This document shows positions 61,510 through 64,000 of a DNA stretch of 64,000 nt, piece after piece; within the stretch, counting starts at the first letter, position 1; the number at the start of each line of letters is the position of its first letter. Location of the stretch: assembly GCA_949285455.1 (NCBI GenBank), contig CASDXP010000003.1, positions 308 through 64,307 of the forward strand, given 5' to 3'. This DNA is from an uncultured bacterium (lineage in GTDB: Bacteria; Bacillota_I; Bacilli_A; RFN20; CAG-826). The notes below the pieces were generated by a model, which was not told the origin of the DNA, made no database searches, and saw only the letters and a program-made list of their open reading frames with translations. The position numbers and the translations under genes are program-made.

Positions 61510-61620
61510 TATATTTTGCAGGCTTTTTAACTGCTAGCTCATCTACGAATTACCTGATGCCCATTCATGACAACGCCTGTGGGTGTATCAGCAACCTCGC
61601 GAGTCCACGCTGCAGCCGTG
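61510..61620 (-). ncRNA. S10-operon leader RNA (Firmicute type)
   Basis: Minus strand GAGGTTGCTGATACACCC...CATG...CAGGT resembles the conserved Bacilli rpsJ leader core as I recall it. Boundaries are approximate. Confidence 0.6.
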
Positions 61621-61624
61621 TGAA

Positions 61625-61653
61625 ATATTACCTCATATACATACGCGTGTCAA
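61625..61653 (-). promoter_or_regulatory. Sigma-A promoter of the S10 operon (TTGACA-17-TAATAT)
   Basis: Consensus -35, 17-bp spacer and an AT-rich UP-like tract upstream. Confidence 0.7.
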
Positions 61654-61750
61654 AAAGAAAATAAAAATCTTAGAACTAGACTAGAAAAAATTATTTCAAA
61701 ATTCATTTTAATTACTTTAAATTATCTTATTTTTTTTATAGAATCCACTC

Positions 61751-62401
61751 TCAGTGAGAGAACTTTTCTCGATTAATTAAAGAGTATTCGCAGCCACAAT
61801 AGTTCTGTTCGTAAAGTTTGTAACGTCTAGTCATTTCCTTATCAATTTGGATACCACCGCCACGTTTGAAATCACTTAATAAGTATTGTGTGTGAGAATA
61901 TTTTTCATCTAATTTTTCACCAATTTCATTTAGAACTTTCGTCGGCTTATAACGCGAGACGGACATGACTGTCGTAAAGTAGTCGAAATGATGTTCGTTC
62001 GCATATTTAAATACTTCATCCATCCTCTTCTCGTAACATAATTTGCATCTAGGTCCACCTTCCTTATCGTCTTTATAAGGAATAAGATCAACCATGTAAG
62101 AATCGTATGCATAAGGGAAAAAGATGATCTTTATGGAAGTATGATATTCTTCATTAAATTTTTCTAACATCTCTAAGATGGTAGCTTTTCTTTTTTCATA
62201 TTCGCTTAAAGGGTAGATATTCGAATTTGCATACGCAATTGTCACATCAAAATATTTATGTAAGAAAAATAGAGGATAAGTCGCACAGGGGCCACAACAA
62301 GCATGCAATAATAAAGTTGGTTTCTTACCATTTTTCGGTAATGAATTTAAGATGTCTAGCATCTCGTGATAATCGTCGATAAATTTTCTTTTTTTATCCA
62401 T
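61751..62401 (-). CDS. queH: Epoxyqueuosine reductase QueH (DUF208)
   Basis: LLLHACCGPCA, NSNIYP, RCKLCYEKRM, QNYCGCEYS. Lies downstream of queA. Confidence 0.92.
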   Translation of the reverse strand: MDKKRKFIDDYHEMLDILNSLPKNGKKPTLLLHACCGPCATYPLFFLHKYFDVTIAYANSNIYPLSEYEKRKATILEMLEKFNEEYHTSIKIIFFPYAYDSYMVDLIPYKDDKEGGPRCKLCYEKRMDEVFKYANEHHFDYFTTVMSVSRYKPTKVLNEIGEKLDEKYSHTQYLLSDFKRGGGIQIDKEMTRRYKLYEQNYCGCEYSLINREKFSH

Positions 62402-63422
62402 AGATGAACATCGCATCTCCAAAGGAGAAGAAACGATATTTTTCCTCCGTTGCGTGAACGTAAGCTTTCTTCATTAACTCTAGTGAAGAAAAAGCTGAAA
62501 CGAGCATCAGTAATGTCGATTTTGGGAGATGAAAATTCGTAATTAAAGCATTTGAAACGAACGGTTTAAAACCAGGTGTAATAAAAATATCTGTCGCTTC
62601 TTTTGTAGAAACAAAACATCCATATTTTTTATAATTAGCCTCTAGTGTACGCATGCTCGTCGTTCCAATTGGAATGATGCGACGATGTTCTTTTAACGCT
62701 AAATTTAAGATTTTTGCGGCACTTTCACTAATTTCATATTGTTCGCTATGCATTTTATGTTCTTCTACTTTAGAAACTTTTACTGGTCTAAATGTACCTA
62801 ATCCAATGTGCAAAGTAATATCGACGATGATGACTCCTTTCTCTTCACATTTCTTAAAAAGATTATCATCGAAATGAAAGCCTGCCGTCGGCGCGGCGCT
62901 ACTGCCGCTATGTTTTGCGTAAACTGTCTGATAAGCCCCTTCTTCTTGCTCTTTTTGATGAATGTAAGGAGGTAAGGGTGTTTCTCCTACTTCTTCTAAA
63001 ACTTCTAGAAAGATGCCATGATAGTGAAATTTTAAATGTCTAATTCCTTCATCTAAAACTTTTAGACATGTCGCTGTTAACACGTTTTCTTTAAAGATGA
63101 TAGTCGAACCAACTTTGATGGCTTTCGCATTCCCACACAAACATTCATAAATATCATCTTCTAGTTGCTTTAATATTAAAACTTCGACATGCGCGCCTGT
63201 CTCGTCTTTGACACCAAATAATCTTGCAGGAATAACTTTCGTATCATTTCTTACTAAGACATCCCCTGGTTTCAAATAATCTAAGATGTCGTAAAAATGT
63301 TTGTCCTCGATCGAATTATCTTCACGGTTCACTAACATAAGACGACACGTTGGGCGATCTTTTAAAGGTGATTGAGCAATTAAAGATTCATCTAGATAAT
63401 AATCGAAATCTTTCACGTCCAT
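62394..63422 (-). CDS. queA: tRNA preQ1 S-adenosylmethionine ribosyltransferase-isomerase
   Basis: NDTKVIPARL, PLPPYI, YQTVYA, AAPTAGFHF, TNFHLPKSTL, YRFFSFGDAM. Confidence 0.97.
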   Translation of the reverse strand: MDVKDFDYYLDESLIAQSPLKDRPTCRLMLVNREDNSIEDKHFYDILDYLKPGDVLVRNDTKVIPARLFGVKDETGAHVEVLILKQLEDDIYECLCGNAKAIKVGSTIIFKENVLTATCLKVLDEGIRHLKFHYHGIFLEVLEEVGETPLPPYIHQKEQEEGAYQTVYAKHSGSSAAPTAGFHFDDNLFKKCEEKGVIIVDITLHIGLGTFRPVKVSKVEEHKMHSEQYEISESAAKILNLALKEHRRIIPIGTTSMRTLEANYKKYGCFVSTKEATDIFITPGFKPFVSNALITNFHLPKSTLLMLVSAFSSLELMKKAYVHATEEKYRFFSFGDAMFIYG

Positions 63423-63423
63423 A

Positions 63424-64000
<577 letters not shown>

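Overview
This is a core-genome window of a low-GC, probably anaerobic Bacilli-class bacterium using genetic code 11 (TGA is a stop codon). The L11 and RpoB signatures point to the Erysipelotrichales/RFN20/Mollicutes-related neighbourhood, which is an inference. Almost all genes are on the minus strand. In transcription order they are: tgt(partial)-queA-queH; the S10-spc-alpha ribosomal superoperon (no rpmD); a plus-strand DUF3990 + putative antitoxin pair bracketed by an exact 42-bp palindromic direct repeat; an array of four paralogous acidic lipoproteins (one frameshifted); glnA (plus strand); a seven-gene uncharacterised membrane operon (Zn-ribbon/TPR, PH-like, TM-YidD, SPFH-SHOCT and three membrane proteins) whose promoter carries a G9 tract between -35 and -10; preT-preA, a second PreT/GltD-like flavoprotein and a trimeric [FeFe]-hydrogenase (hydCBA); HAD-cysS-mgtC-rlmB-sigH-rpmG-secE-nusG; an inserted CzrA/SmtB-like repressor plus Zn/Cd P1B ATPase; rplK-rplA-rplJ-rplL-rpoB-rpoC; and a cluster of two M6-type metalloprotease lipoproteins, two CNNM/CBS proteins, a BspA-type LRR lipoprotein and a partial hemolysin-III-family gene. 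I saw no rRNA, tRNA, CRISPR array or transposase. The best candidates for undescribed systems are the repeat-bounded ADP-ribosyltransferase-like toxin/antitoxin cassette (44890-46355) and the possibly phase-variable SPFH/YidD membrane operon with a duplicated tail module (34614-39314). All calls come from motif recognition by eye; no database searches were run.
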